Source: an uncultured Gemmatimonadales bacterium (lineage in GTDB: Bacteria > Gemmatimonadota > Gemmatimonadetes > Longimicrobiales > Longimicrobiaceae). From it: a stretch of 64,000 nucleotides of DNA. Positions within the stretch are counted from its first letter, which is position 1. Every line of letters begins with the position of its first letter. Made by a program: the position numbers and the translations under genes. The notes beneath the pieces were generated by a model. It was not told the origin of the DNA. It did not search any database and saw nothing but the letters and a program-made list of their open reading frames with translations. The stretch is taken from positions 5,920,001 to 5,984,000 of the forward strand of contig OY970303.1 in NCBI GenBank assembly GCA_963716255.1, written 5' to 3'. This document shows, in pieces, positions 43,705 through 52,077 of this stretch.

Positions 43705-45120
43705 GTGATGGAACTCATCCACGAACGCGGGAGCTGTAAAACGGTGATCGCACATAGATGGACGGGGCCGCGGCGTGCCGCGGCCGTGCTGGCCGCCGCG
43801 GCGGTGCTGGGGCTGGCGCCCGCCCCGGCGGCGGCGCAGGACCCGCTCGCGCCGGGGCTGGCGCTGGCCACCTTCGACTCGGCGTGGGGCGTGATCCACC
43901 GCACGCACTTCGACTCCACCTTCAACGGGGTGGACTGGAGCGCGGTGCGGACGGAGCTGCGCCCCCGGGCGGAGGTGGCGCGGACCCCGGCGGAGCTGCG
44001 GGGCGTACTCCAGGAGATGGTGGGCCGGCTGCACCAGTCGCACTTCTACGTGATCCCGGCGGACGTGAAGGCGGGGCTGGAGGCGGAGGAGGGGAGCGCG
44101 AAGGCCGACGGCGCGCCGGGCGACGCGGGAATGGAGCTGCGCCTGGTGGACGGACGCTTCCTGGTGACGCGGGTGGCGACCGGCGGGGCGGCGGAGTCCG
44201 CGGGCGTGCGGACCGGGTGGACGGTGGAGGCGGTGGGCGACCGCGAGGCGGGGCAGGTGCTGGGGGCGCTCCGCGCGCTGGAGGGCAGCGCGGACCCGCG
44301 CGCCATCGAGCTGACCGGCTACGGGCGCATGACCGCGGCGCTGAACGGTCCGGCGGGCGAGCCGGTGCGCGTGCGCTTCCTGGACGGCGCCGGCCGGCCG
44401 GTGTCGCGCGACGTGACCCGCCGCGCCTCCACGGCCCTGCGCACGAAGTTCGGCGGGCTCCCCGAGCTGCCGGTGACGCTGGAGCGCGAGCGGCTGCGCA
44501 TGCCGGACGGGACCACCGTGGGGGTGATCCGTTTCGACCTGTGGATGCCGGCGATCTCCCGCGACTTCGACGCGGCGGTGGACGAGCTGCGCGACGCGGA
44601 CGGGATCGTGCTGGACCTGCGCGGCAACCCGGGCGGGGTGGGCGCCATGGCGATGGGGATCGCGGGGCACTTCATGGACGAGGCGCGCTCGCTGGGGGCC
44701 ATGCGCACCCGCGACACCGAGCTGCGCTTCGTGGTGAACCCGCGGCGCGTGGACACGCACGGGCGCGCGGTGGCGCCGTACGCCGGCCCGGTGGCGATCC
44801 TCACGGACGCGCTCTCCATGAGCACCACGGAGATCTTCGCCGGGGGGATGCAGCAGGCGGGGCGGGCGCGCGTCTTCGGCGGGACCACGGCGGGGCAGGC
44901 GCTCCCCTCGTACCCGCGCCCGCTCCCCAGCGGCGACGTGCTGGTGCACGCCTTCGCCTCGTTCGCCATGCCGGACGGCGCGCCGGTGGAGGGCAAGGGC
45001 GTCACCCCCGACGTGGCGGCGCCGCCCACCCGCGCGGAGCTGCTGGCCGGGCGCGACCCGGCGCTGGAGGCCGCGAAGCGCTGGATCTCGGAGACACGAG
45101 CGCGCGGCGCGAGCCGCTGA
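43705..45120 (+). CDS. S41-family periplasmic peptidase with PDZ-like segment
   Basis: Signal peptide, IVLDLRGNPGG, SMSTTEIFAG, GTTAG, EGKGVTPD. Confidence 0.85.
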   Translation: MMELIHERGSCKTVIAHRWTGPRRAAAVLAAAAVLGLAPAPAAAQDPLAPGLALATFDSAWGVIHRTHFDSTFNGVDWSAVRTELRPRAEVARTPAELRGVLQEMVGRLHQSHFYVIPADVKAGLEAEEGSAKADGAPGDAGMELRLVDGRFLVTRVATGGAAESAGVRTGWTVEAVGDREAGQVLGALRALEGSADPRAIELTGYGRMTAALNGPAGEPVRVRFLDGAGRPVSRDVTRRASTALRTKFGGLPELPVTLERERLRMPDGTTVGVIRFDLWMPAISRDFDAAVDELRDADGIVLDLRGNPGGVGAMAMGIAGHFMDEARSLGAMRTRDTELRFVVNPRRVDTHGRAVAPYAGPVAILTDALSMSTTEIFAGGMQQAGRARVFGGTTAGQALPSYPRPLPSGDVLVHAFASFAMPDGAPVEGKGVTPDVAAPPTRAELLAGRDPALEAAKRWISETRARGASR

Positions 45121-45197
45121 CGGAACCCGCGGCGGACCCCGTCCGCCGCTCCCGGCCGCTTACCGGCCGGCAACCATGAATAACCAAGGAGACCACC

Positions 45198-45980
45198 ATG
45201 AAGCACACTTCGCTTTCCCTGGCCGGCGCCGTCCGGCGCGCCGGGGCCGCCCTCTGCCTCGCGCTCGCCCTCCCGCTCACCGCGGCGGCGCAGCAGCTCC
45301 CGCCCGCCCGGCAGGTCATCGACCGCTACGTGGAGGCGGTCGGCGGGCGGGAGGCCATCGCTCGGCACCGGTTCCGCAGCATGGAAACGGAGATGTCCAT
45401 GCCGGCGATGGGGATGACCATGCCGATGAAGATGGTGATGGCCGCGCCCAACCGGATCGTGACCACGGCGGAGATGCCGGGCGCCGGGACGCTGCGCTCC
45501 GGGTACGACGGGAGCGTGGGGTGGCAGGTGAACCCCATGACCGGTCCGTCGATCCTGTCGGGGGTGGAGCTGGAGCAGATCGTCCAGACGGCCGACTTCT
45601 TCGGCCTGCTCAACTACGACAAGCTGTACCGCAGCATGGAGACCACGGAGCGCACGGAGATGAACGGGCGGCCGTGCTACCGGGTCAAGCTGACCACCGC
45701 CACGGGGCGCGAGTCGTGGCAGTGCTTCGACACCGAGACGGGGCTGATGGTGGCCATGGGCGGCAAGCAGGAGTCGCAGATGGGGAGCATGGAGATGACT
45801 TCGCTCCTTTCCGACTACAGGGAGTTCGACGGCATCCGCATGGCGACCCGCTCCACCAGCAAGATGATGGGGCAGGACATGACCATGACGGTCAAGTCCG
45901 TGAGCCACGCCCCGGTGGACGCGTCCGCCTTCGCGCTCCCGGCCGAGATCCAGGCGCTGGCGGCGGCCAGGCGGCCCTGA
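45198..45980 (+). CDS. Met-rich secreted hypothetical protein
   Basis: Signal peptide; VIDRYVEAVGG, GYDGSVGW, FDTETGL, SDYREFDGI; RBS AGGAG. Confidence 0.7.
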   Translation: MKHTSLSLAGAVRRAGAALCLALALPLTAAAQQLPPARQVIDRYVEAVGGREAIARHRFRSMETEMSMPAMGMTMPMKMVMAAPNRIVTTAEMPGAGTLRSGYDGSVGWQVNPMTGPSILSGVELEQIVQTADFFGLLNYDKLYRSMETTERTEMNGRPCYRVKLTTATGRESWQCFDTETGLMVAMGGKQESQMGSMEMTSLLSDYREFDGIRMATRSTSKMMGQDMTMTVKSVSHAPVDASAFALPAEIQALAAARRP

Positions 45981-46006
45981 CCCTTACACGGTCGGTCGCC
46001 GTCCAC

Positions 46007-46035
46007 GAAGGGAGCCCGCCGCACGGGCTCCCTTC
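46007..46035 (+). terminator. hairpin, probable terminator
   Basis: GAAGGGAGCCCG...CGGGCTCCCTTC. Confidence 0.55.
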
Positions 46036-46128
46036 CTGCATCCGGGCGGCTCTTGACGGCGGCCGGGCGGCGTCGGATGATTGGGCTGCCCGCGCCGGTC
46101 CGCCCGATTCAACCAGGAGATCCCGAAC

Positions 46129-46404
46129 ATGGTCGCTGCCGTGGTGCTGATCCGCTCCGTCCCGGGCGACGTCCCCGCGCTCGCCCGCCGCATCGCCGGC
46201 ATCGACGGGGTGGCCGAGGTGTACTCCGTGTCCGGCGAGTACGACCTGATCGCGATCCTCCGGGTGCCGGAGTACGAGCGCATCGCCACCATCGTCACCG
46301 AGGAGATCGCGCAGGTCAACGGGATCGAGCGGACCAACACGCTGACGGCCTTCCGGGTGTATTCCAAGCAGGACCTGGAGCGGGCGTGGGACATGTTCGA
46401 CTGA
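46129..46404 (+). CDS. stand-alone Lrp/AsnC ligand-binding domain protein
   Basis: IDGVAEVYSVSGEYDLIA...GIERTNTL; RBS AGGAG. Confidence 0.85.
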   Translation: MVAAVVLIRSVPGDVPALARRIAGIDGVAEVYSVSGEYDLIAILRVPEYERIATIVTEEIAQVNGIERTNTLTAFRVYSKQDLERAWDMFD

Positions 46405-46469
46405 TGACTTTCCCGGCGGCGGGAACGGCTACGGCCGGAACTGCGGGCACGGCGGGCACTGCTGGGTTT

Positions 46470-46600
46470 GGGCGTGCCCCCGCTGACGCGGGGTCGGGCT
46501 TCGGCTCCGTAAGCGAGCAAACAACGCTCGCTAACGGAGTCGAGCCCCGGCGGAAACAGCCCCGCCGGGTCTCGCCCCTTCGGGCCGTAATCCCTCACGC
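46470..46600 (+). repeat. Structured repeat family B, copy B4
   Basis: Stem AGCGAGC/GCTCGCT around AAACAAC loop. Confidence 0.9.
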
Positions 46601-46606
46601 GACGGC

Positions 46607-46656
46607 GGGCCCCCTCCCCCCGGCCCCCTCCCCCGCAAGCGGGAGAGGGGGAGAAC
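46607..46656 (+). repeat. Accessory hairpin element C after B4
   Basis: CCCCCTCCCCCGCAAGCGGGAGAGGGGG. Confidence 0.65.
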
Positions 46657-46696
46657 TGCATACGGCCGGGTCGTTCATCCATTTCCCCGCGACGTC

Positions 46697-48181
46697 ATGA
46701 CACCCGCAGGCGCTGCGCGCATGGACGCACCGGGGCCGCTCGAAGCGGCCGCGCAGGGGGGCGACGCGGAGGTGGTCGCGCGGGCGCGGCGCGTGTTCGA
46801 GGCGCAGAGGGCGCGGCGGAGGTGGGCGGACCCGCCGTCGGCGGGCGAGCGGATCGCGCGGCTGGAGCGGTTCCGCGCGGCGGTGGCGGGGCACCGGGAG
46901 GCGCTGGGCGCGGCCATGCGCGCCGACTTCCGCAAGCACCCCACCGAGACGGAATTGACGGAGGTGCAGCAGGTGCTGGCGGAGACGGGACACGCCATCC
47001 GCCACCTGCGCCGGTGGATGAAGCCGCGGCGGGTGGGGACGCCGGCGCTGCTGGTGGGGACGCGCAGCGAGATCCGCTGGGAGCCCCGGGGCACCGTGCT
47101 GATCCTGGGGGCGTGGAACTACCCGGTGCTGCTCACGCTGGCGCCGCTGGTGGCGGCGGTGGCCGCCGGCAACACCGCCGTCGTGCGCCCGTCGGAAAAG
47201 ACGCCGGCCACGGCGGAGGTGCTGGGGCGCATCGTCGCGGACGCCTTCGCGGAGGACGACGTGGCGCTGGTGGGGGGCGGGGTGGAGGTGGCCGACGCGC
47301 TCCTCGCCCTCCCCTTCGACCACTTCTTCTTCACCGGCAGCGCGGCGGTGGGGCGAAAGGTGATGCACGCCGCGGCGGAGCACCTGGCCAGCGTCACGCT
47401 GGAGCTGGGAGGAAAGTCGCCCGCTCTCGTGGACGCGTCCGCGGACGTGGCGCGCGCGGCGGAGCGCATCGCCTGGGGCAAGTTCATCAACGGCGGGCAG
47501 ACGTGCGTGGCGCCGGACTACGTGCTGGTGCACGAGTCGCGCGCGGCGGAGCTCCTGGACGGGCTGCGCCGCAGCGTGGCCGCGTTCTACGGCGGCACGG
47601 CGGAGGAGCGGCGCCGCAGCGAAAGCTTCAGCCGCATGATCGACGACCGGGCGTTCGCGCGGGTGGCGGGGCTGCTGGACGACGCGGTTGCGGCGGGGGC
47701 GCGCGTGGAGACCGGCGGCGAGACGGACGCGGCGGAGCGGTACGTGGCGCCCACGGTGCTTTCCGGCGTGGGCTGGGAGATGGCGGTGATGCGGGAGGAG
47801 ATCTTCGGGCCTGTGCTCCCGGTGCTCGCCTTCCGCTCGCTGGACGACGCGCTGGAGCGCGTCGCGGAGCGGCCCAAGCCGCTGGCGCTGTACCTGTTCG
47901 CGCGGGACGGCGCCGTGGAGGAGCGGGTGCTGCGGCGCACCACGGCGGGAGGCACGGTGGTCAACGACGTGGTGATCCACCTGGCGAACCCGGACCTGCC
48001 GTTCGGCGGGGTGGGGGAGAGCGGGCAGGGGAGCTACCACGGCCGCTTCGGCTTCCGCACCTTTTCGCACGAGCGGGCGGTGCTGGTGCGCGGCCGCTTC
48101 AGCCCGGCGGCGCTGCTGCACCCGCCGTACACCGAGCGGGTGAAGCGCTTCGCGAAGCTCGTGGGGCGCATCGTCGGCTGA
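46697..48181 (+). CDS. aldehyde dehydrogenase (ALDH3-like)
   Basis: AWNYP, PSEKTP, FTGS, LELGGKSP, GQTCVAPDY, EEIFGPVL, PFGGVGESG. Confidence 0.92.
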   Translation: MTPAGAARMDAPGPLEAAAQGGDAEVVARARRVFEAQRARRRWADPPSAGERIARLERFRAAVAGHREALGAAMRADFRKHPTETELTEVQQVLAETGHAIRHLRRWMKPRRVGTPALLVGTRSEIRWEPRGTVLILGAWNYPVLLTLAPLVAAVAAGNTAVVRPSEKTPATAEVLGRIVADAFAEDDVALVGGGVEVADALLALPFDHFFFTGSAAVGRKVMHAAAEHLASVTLELGGKSPALVDASADVARAAERIAWGKFINGGQTCVAPDYVLVHESRAAELLDGLRRSVAAFYGGTAEERRRSESFSRMIDDRAFARVAGLLDDAVAAGARVETGGETDAAERYVAPTVLSGVGWEMAVMREEIFGPVLPVLAFRSLDDALERVAERPKPLALYLFARDGAVEERVLRRTTAGGTVVNDVVIHLANPDLPFGGVGESGQGSYHGRFGFRTFSHERAVLVRGRFSPAALLHPPYTERVKRFAKLVGRIVG

Positions 48182-48267
48182 GGCAGACCCCCCTCCCCCG
48201 GAACGGGGGAGGGGGGCGAGCCCAAGCGAGCCGGGTGGGGGCCCCAGCGGACGCCAGCGCCACCCCC

Positions 48268-48396
48268 GCGTGAGGGATTTCGGCCCGAAGGGGCGAGACC
48301 CGCGGGCAGTTTCGCGGGGCTCGACTCCGTTGCAAACGGTAGTATCGTTTGCTACGGAGCCGAAGCCCGACCCCGGCGCCAGCCGGGGGCACGCCC
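48268..48396 (-). repeat. Structured repeat family B, copy B5 (C' element at 48188-48245)
   Basis: Stem GCAAACG/CGTTTGC around ATACTAC loop. Confidence 0.9.
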
Positions 48397-48419
48397 GAAT
48401 CCGACGTTGCCGTAGCCGT

Positions 48420-50828
48420 TCAGCGCCCCTCCGGACGCAGCGTCATCCGGTGCACGGCGCGCGCCTCCGCCCGGGCACGGTCCAGCGGAATCGGCCACAG
48501 CCGCCCCTCGCGCCACATCTCCGTCTGGTCGCGGTAGTGCGGCGAGAACGGGAGCCCGGACTGGCCGGTGGGGATCACGAACCCGCCGGCGCCGTCCACG
48601 TCGCCCATGTCCACCACGTGGCGCTGGCTGGGGCCGTAGCCGTTGACGAAGGGCAGCCGCTGTCCGCCGTACCCCGCCACGTTCACCGTGTACGGCGAGC
48701 CGCGGTTGGGGAACGGGCCGATGTTGAGCCCCAGCGCCCGGTCCAGCGCGCCGATCACCCCCAGCGGGTGCTCGATGCGGGTGACGTGCAGGTCGCCCCA
48801 GCTCTTCGCCCCCACCTCGCGCGCGGCCTCGCGCATCGCCTCGGCGGACAGGCCATCCAGCGTCTCGGCCTGCGGCGTCGTCACGTCGTCCACCCAGCGG
48901 CTCCCACCGGCGTCCAGCACGGCGTTCAGCGCGCTCCGCGGAAAGTACACCTTTTCGCCGCGGAACTCGTCGCTGCCCACGCGCCGCCGCAGCGCCTCGT
49001 ACCAGGCGTAGAAGAGCGCCGCGGCCCGCGAGTCTACACGCGCCTCGCCGTTCCAGGCGCGCAGCTCGCGCTCCGCCGCGGTGTCGCCGGCGGCCCGCGC
49101 CGCCGCCACGGCCCGGGGGAGGTGGCGGAGCGCGTGGGCGTCGACCACGTCCACCTGCTGGCGCGCCACGTCCGCCGCGGTGAGGCCGCGGCCGCGCTCC
49201 ACCATCTCGCGGATGCGCATGGCACGGTACGGCTCCGCCCACTGCGCGGCCACGCGGTGCGGGTAGTCGGGGCCGGCCTGGCGGTTGTTTGCGGTGACGA
49301 CGAAGCCCTCGGCGGGGTTCAGCACGTGCGGGTGCTCGTCCCACTCCAGGTAGCGCGTCCAGTCGCCCTCGCCGGTCCAGCCGGGGACGGGGAGCACGCC
49401 GTCGCCGGAGCGGCGCACGGGAACGCGGCCGCCCATCCAGTAGCCGAAGGCGCCGTCCGCGTCCGCGAAGACCACGTTCTGGTGCGGGCTGCGGAAGTCG
49501 CGCAGCGCGGCCAGGAACTCGCCCGCGCTGCGGGCGCGGTTCATCCCCATCAGCGCGCGGAACTCGGGCGAGGGATCGTGCGCCGTCCAGCGCATGGCCA
49601 GCACGCGCCCTCCGGCGCGCGGCTCCACGTCCGAGAGCACCGGCCCGTGGCGGCTCGCGCGGACGCGCTGCACCACGGGGTTGGCGCCCTTGACGCGGAT
49701 GGTCTCCTCGCGCACGGCGAAGCGCTCCCACCCGCCGGGGGTGCGGTAGCGGGTGGAGTCGCGCGGGTCGGTCTGCTCCACGTAGAAGTCCACGTCGTCC
49801 ACCATGGCGTTGGTGAACCCCCACGCCACCCGCCGCGTGTGCCCCGCGACCACCACCGGCACCCCGGGGAGCGTCATCCCCGCCGCCTCGATGCCCCCGC
49901 CGTGGATGCCGGCCAGGTACCACAGCGAGGGCGCCCGCAGCGCCAGGTGCATGTCGTTGGCGAGGATGGGCCTGCCGGACTCGGTCCGGGCGCCGCCGAT
50001 CACCCACGCGTTGGAGGCGCGGGCGACGGACACGCCCTCCAGCAGCGCGCGGGCGCGCGGCGGGATCTCCGGCACGGCGATGCCCGCGACGGGGCGGAGG
50101 ACGCGCGCGGTGTCGGCGGCGGGGAGTGGGCGGGGTGCCGCGTGGGCCGCCGTCTTCCCGCGCCACCGGGCGTCCGCGCCGGTGATGCGCGCGCCCCACT
50201 CCGGGTAGGCGGGACTCAGCTCGCGCGCCAGCTCCGGCCCCACCGCGTCCGCCGCGGCCTGGAGGTTGAGGCCCACGTCCCAGTCGGCCAGGTCCCACGC
50301 CATGATCTTGGCGATCGCCAGGGAGTTGCGGACGGTCCACGGCTCCGGGCGGAAGCGCAGCACCACGAACTCGGGCGGGAGGGCGCCGGAGTGGCCGCGG
50401 ATCCAGGCGTTGACGCCGTCGGCGTAGGCCTGCATCAGCGCGCGCTCGGCGGGGCCCAGCATGCGCTCGTTGTCGGCGGCGGCGCGCCCCATCCCCACGG
50501 TGCGCAGGAACCGGTCGGTGGCGACGAGGTCCGGACCCAGCACCTCGGCCATGCGTCCGTCGGCGACGCGGCGGAACAGCTCCATCTGCCAGAGCCGGTC
50601 CTGGGCGTGCACGTAGCCCATGGCGCGGAACAGGTCGGCCTCGCCGGCGGCCCAGACGTGCGGCACGCCCAGCGAGTCGCGCCACACCTCCACCGGCGCG
50701 GCCAGGCCGGCGAGCCGAGCGTCCTCGCCGGGGTCAGGGGCGGCGGAGCGCAGGTACAGGTAGGCGCCCCCGGCCGCGGCGGCGGCGAGCGCGAGGAGGC
50801 CGAGCAGGAGGTAGCCGAGCTTCTTCAT
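48420..50828 (-). CDS. penicillin acylase family Ntn-hydrolase (S45)
   Basis: GVPHVWA, GYVHAQDRLWQM, catalytic ASNAWV, LANDMHL, TANN, TGQSG...HYRDQ. Confidence 0.9.
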   Translation of the reverse strand: MKKLGYLLLGLLALAAAAAGGAYLYLRSAAPDPGEDARLAGLAAPVEVWRDSLGVPHVWAAGEADLFRAMGYVHAQDRLWQMELFRRVADGRMAEVLGPDLVATDRFLRTVGMGRAAADNERMLGPAERALMQAYADGVNAWIRGHSGALPPEFVVLRFRPEPWTVRNSLAIAKIMAWDLADWDVGLNLQAAADAVGPELARELSPAYPEWGARITGADARWRGKTAAHAAPRPLPAADTARVLRPVAGIAVPEIPPRARALLEGVSVARASNAWVIGGARTESGRPILANDMHLALRAPSLWYLAGIHGGGIEAAGMTLPGVPVVVAGHTRRVAWGFTNAMVDDVDFYVEQTDPRDSTRYRTPGGWERFAVREETIRVKGANPVVQRVRASRHGPVLSDVEPRAGGRVLAMRWTAHDPSPEFRALMGMNRARSAGEFLAALRDFRSPHQNVVFADADGAFGYWMGGRVPVRRSGDGVLPVPGWTGEGDWTRYLEWDEHPHVLNPAEGFVVTANNRQAGPDYPHRVAAQWAEPYRAMRIREMVERGRGLTAADVARQQVDVVDAHALRHLPRAVAAARAAGDTAAERELRAWNGEARVDSRAAALFYAWYEALRRRVGSDEFRGEKVYFPRSALNAVLDAGGSRWVDDVTTPQAETLDGLSAEAMREAAREVGAKSWGDLHVTRIEHPLGVIGALDRALGLNIGPFPNRGSPYTVNVAGYGGQRLPFVNGYGPSQRHVVDMGDVDGAGGFVIPTGQSGLPFSPHYRDQTEMWREGRLWPIPLDRARAEARAVHRMTLRPEGR

Positions 50829-50945
50829 CTGGAGGTTCCGGCGTGCGGACGGGAGGCGGCGCTTCGGCGGGGTGCTCCGACAAGGTGCGGGGGGCGATGT
50901 TGATAGGTCAAGGCGGGGAGCTTTTGCGGATGGTGTCGCGGGGGG

Positions 50946-51094
50946 CCGCTCCGGAGCCGGACGATACTGCCGTCCGTCTCCTGCGCGGGCTCCGGGAGCC
51001 TCGCCAAACAGCCGGCGAGTCTCCCTGCGCCGGAGTGAGCCAGCCGAACCTGCCCGGCTGTCTCCCTCCGAACAGACTTTGAGGGGTACTGCGG
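50946..51094 (+). repeat. Structured repeat family A, copy A5
   Basis: Modules 2 and 3 swapped relative to A1. Confidence 0.88.
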
Positions 51095-51112
51095 AACTTC
51101 AAGGACAGGAAT

Positions 51113-51195
51113 CCCTCCCCCAGAATTGGGGGAGGGTGGCGGCTCTCGGGCCGCCGGGTGGGGGCCCTCCGCGGGCGCCAGCCGGGGGCACGCCC
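51113..51195 (-). repeat. C' element plus internally deleted family B remnant (B7)
   Basis: ...GGGGGCCCTCCGCGGGCGCCAGCCGGGGGCACGCCC; the B core is missing. Confidence 0.7.
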
Positions 51196-51220
51196 AACCC
51201 CTGTCGTCCAGGGCCTTTCC

Positions 51221-51802
51221 CTAGCCGTCGACGGGGTTGGAGGCCACGTCCTCGCACGGGCCGTCCAGGCGCACGTCGTCCAGCCGCACCCACGCGTCCT
51301 GGCCGGGCGCCCAGAAGCCGCCGAAGACGTTGTAGGCGCCGGTCGCGGTGGGGCGGAAGGCGACGCGCAGCTCGCGGTAGCCGTGGACGGGCCCGTACTT
51401 GATCTCCCGCACGGGACGCTGGGCGGCGTCGCGGAAGCCGAAGTAGCCGTCGCGCACGTTGCCGGTCGTCTTCACGAAGGCCCGCAGGGTGTACAGGCGC
51501 CCGGCCGTGAGCTGGACGCGCTGGCGGATCGCGTTCCACCCCGTGGTGTTGCGCAGCAGGGCGTTGTTGTCGCCGGCGTGCCCGTTCCCCAGCCCCCGCT
51601 CGATCTCCGCCGTCCCCTCCTGCATCCAGGGCGAGCCCACCCGCGCCCGGGTCTGCGACTCGAAGGTCCCGTCGCGCGCCATGCTGGCGCACTGCGCCGC
51701 CGCGTGGCCGGCGGTCGCCGGGGCCGCGGCCAGCACCGCGGCGAGCAGCACCCCGCGCATGCGGAGTGCGGGGCTCGTTCTCTGGTTCTCCGTGGGGCGC
51801 AT
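51221..51802 (-). CDS. secreted carbohydrate-binding-module-like (CBM_4_9-like) protein
   Basis: Signal peptide; DGTFES, IRQRVQL...YTLRAFVKT, WVRLDDVRL. Confidence 0.6.
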   Translation of the reverse strand: MRPTENQRTSPALRMRGVLLAAVLAAAPATAGHAAAQCASMARDGTFESQTRARVGSPWMQEGTAEIERGLGNGHAGDNNALLRNTTGWNAIRQRVQLTAGRLYTLRAFVKTTGNVRDGYFGFRDAAQRPVREIKYGPVHGYRELRVAFRPTATGAYNVFGGFWAPGQDAWVRLDDVRLDGPCEDVASNPVDG

Positions 51803-52077
51803 CGCGTTCTCCCTCCGCAGGTGAGGAGCGTGGGACCCGGCGCTTCGGGGCGCGCCGGGCCGCCTCCGCACCGTGCCGGAGGGCCGGCGCACGGGCCGCA
51901 TCGATCGCGCCCCGGTCCAGGGCGCGCGGCCGAACCGGCCGGAACCGTTGCGCCGCAAGGGTTTCTGCGGAAACCGGGCGAGCCGCCGGAGGAGGGGAGG
52001 GCGCCGGGTGGGACGTGCGCGGGACAGCGGACCGGGTAGGCGGAGTCCCACACCTGCCCCGCGATCTCCCGTGGCGG

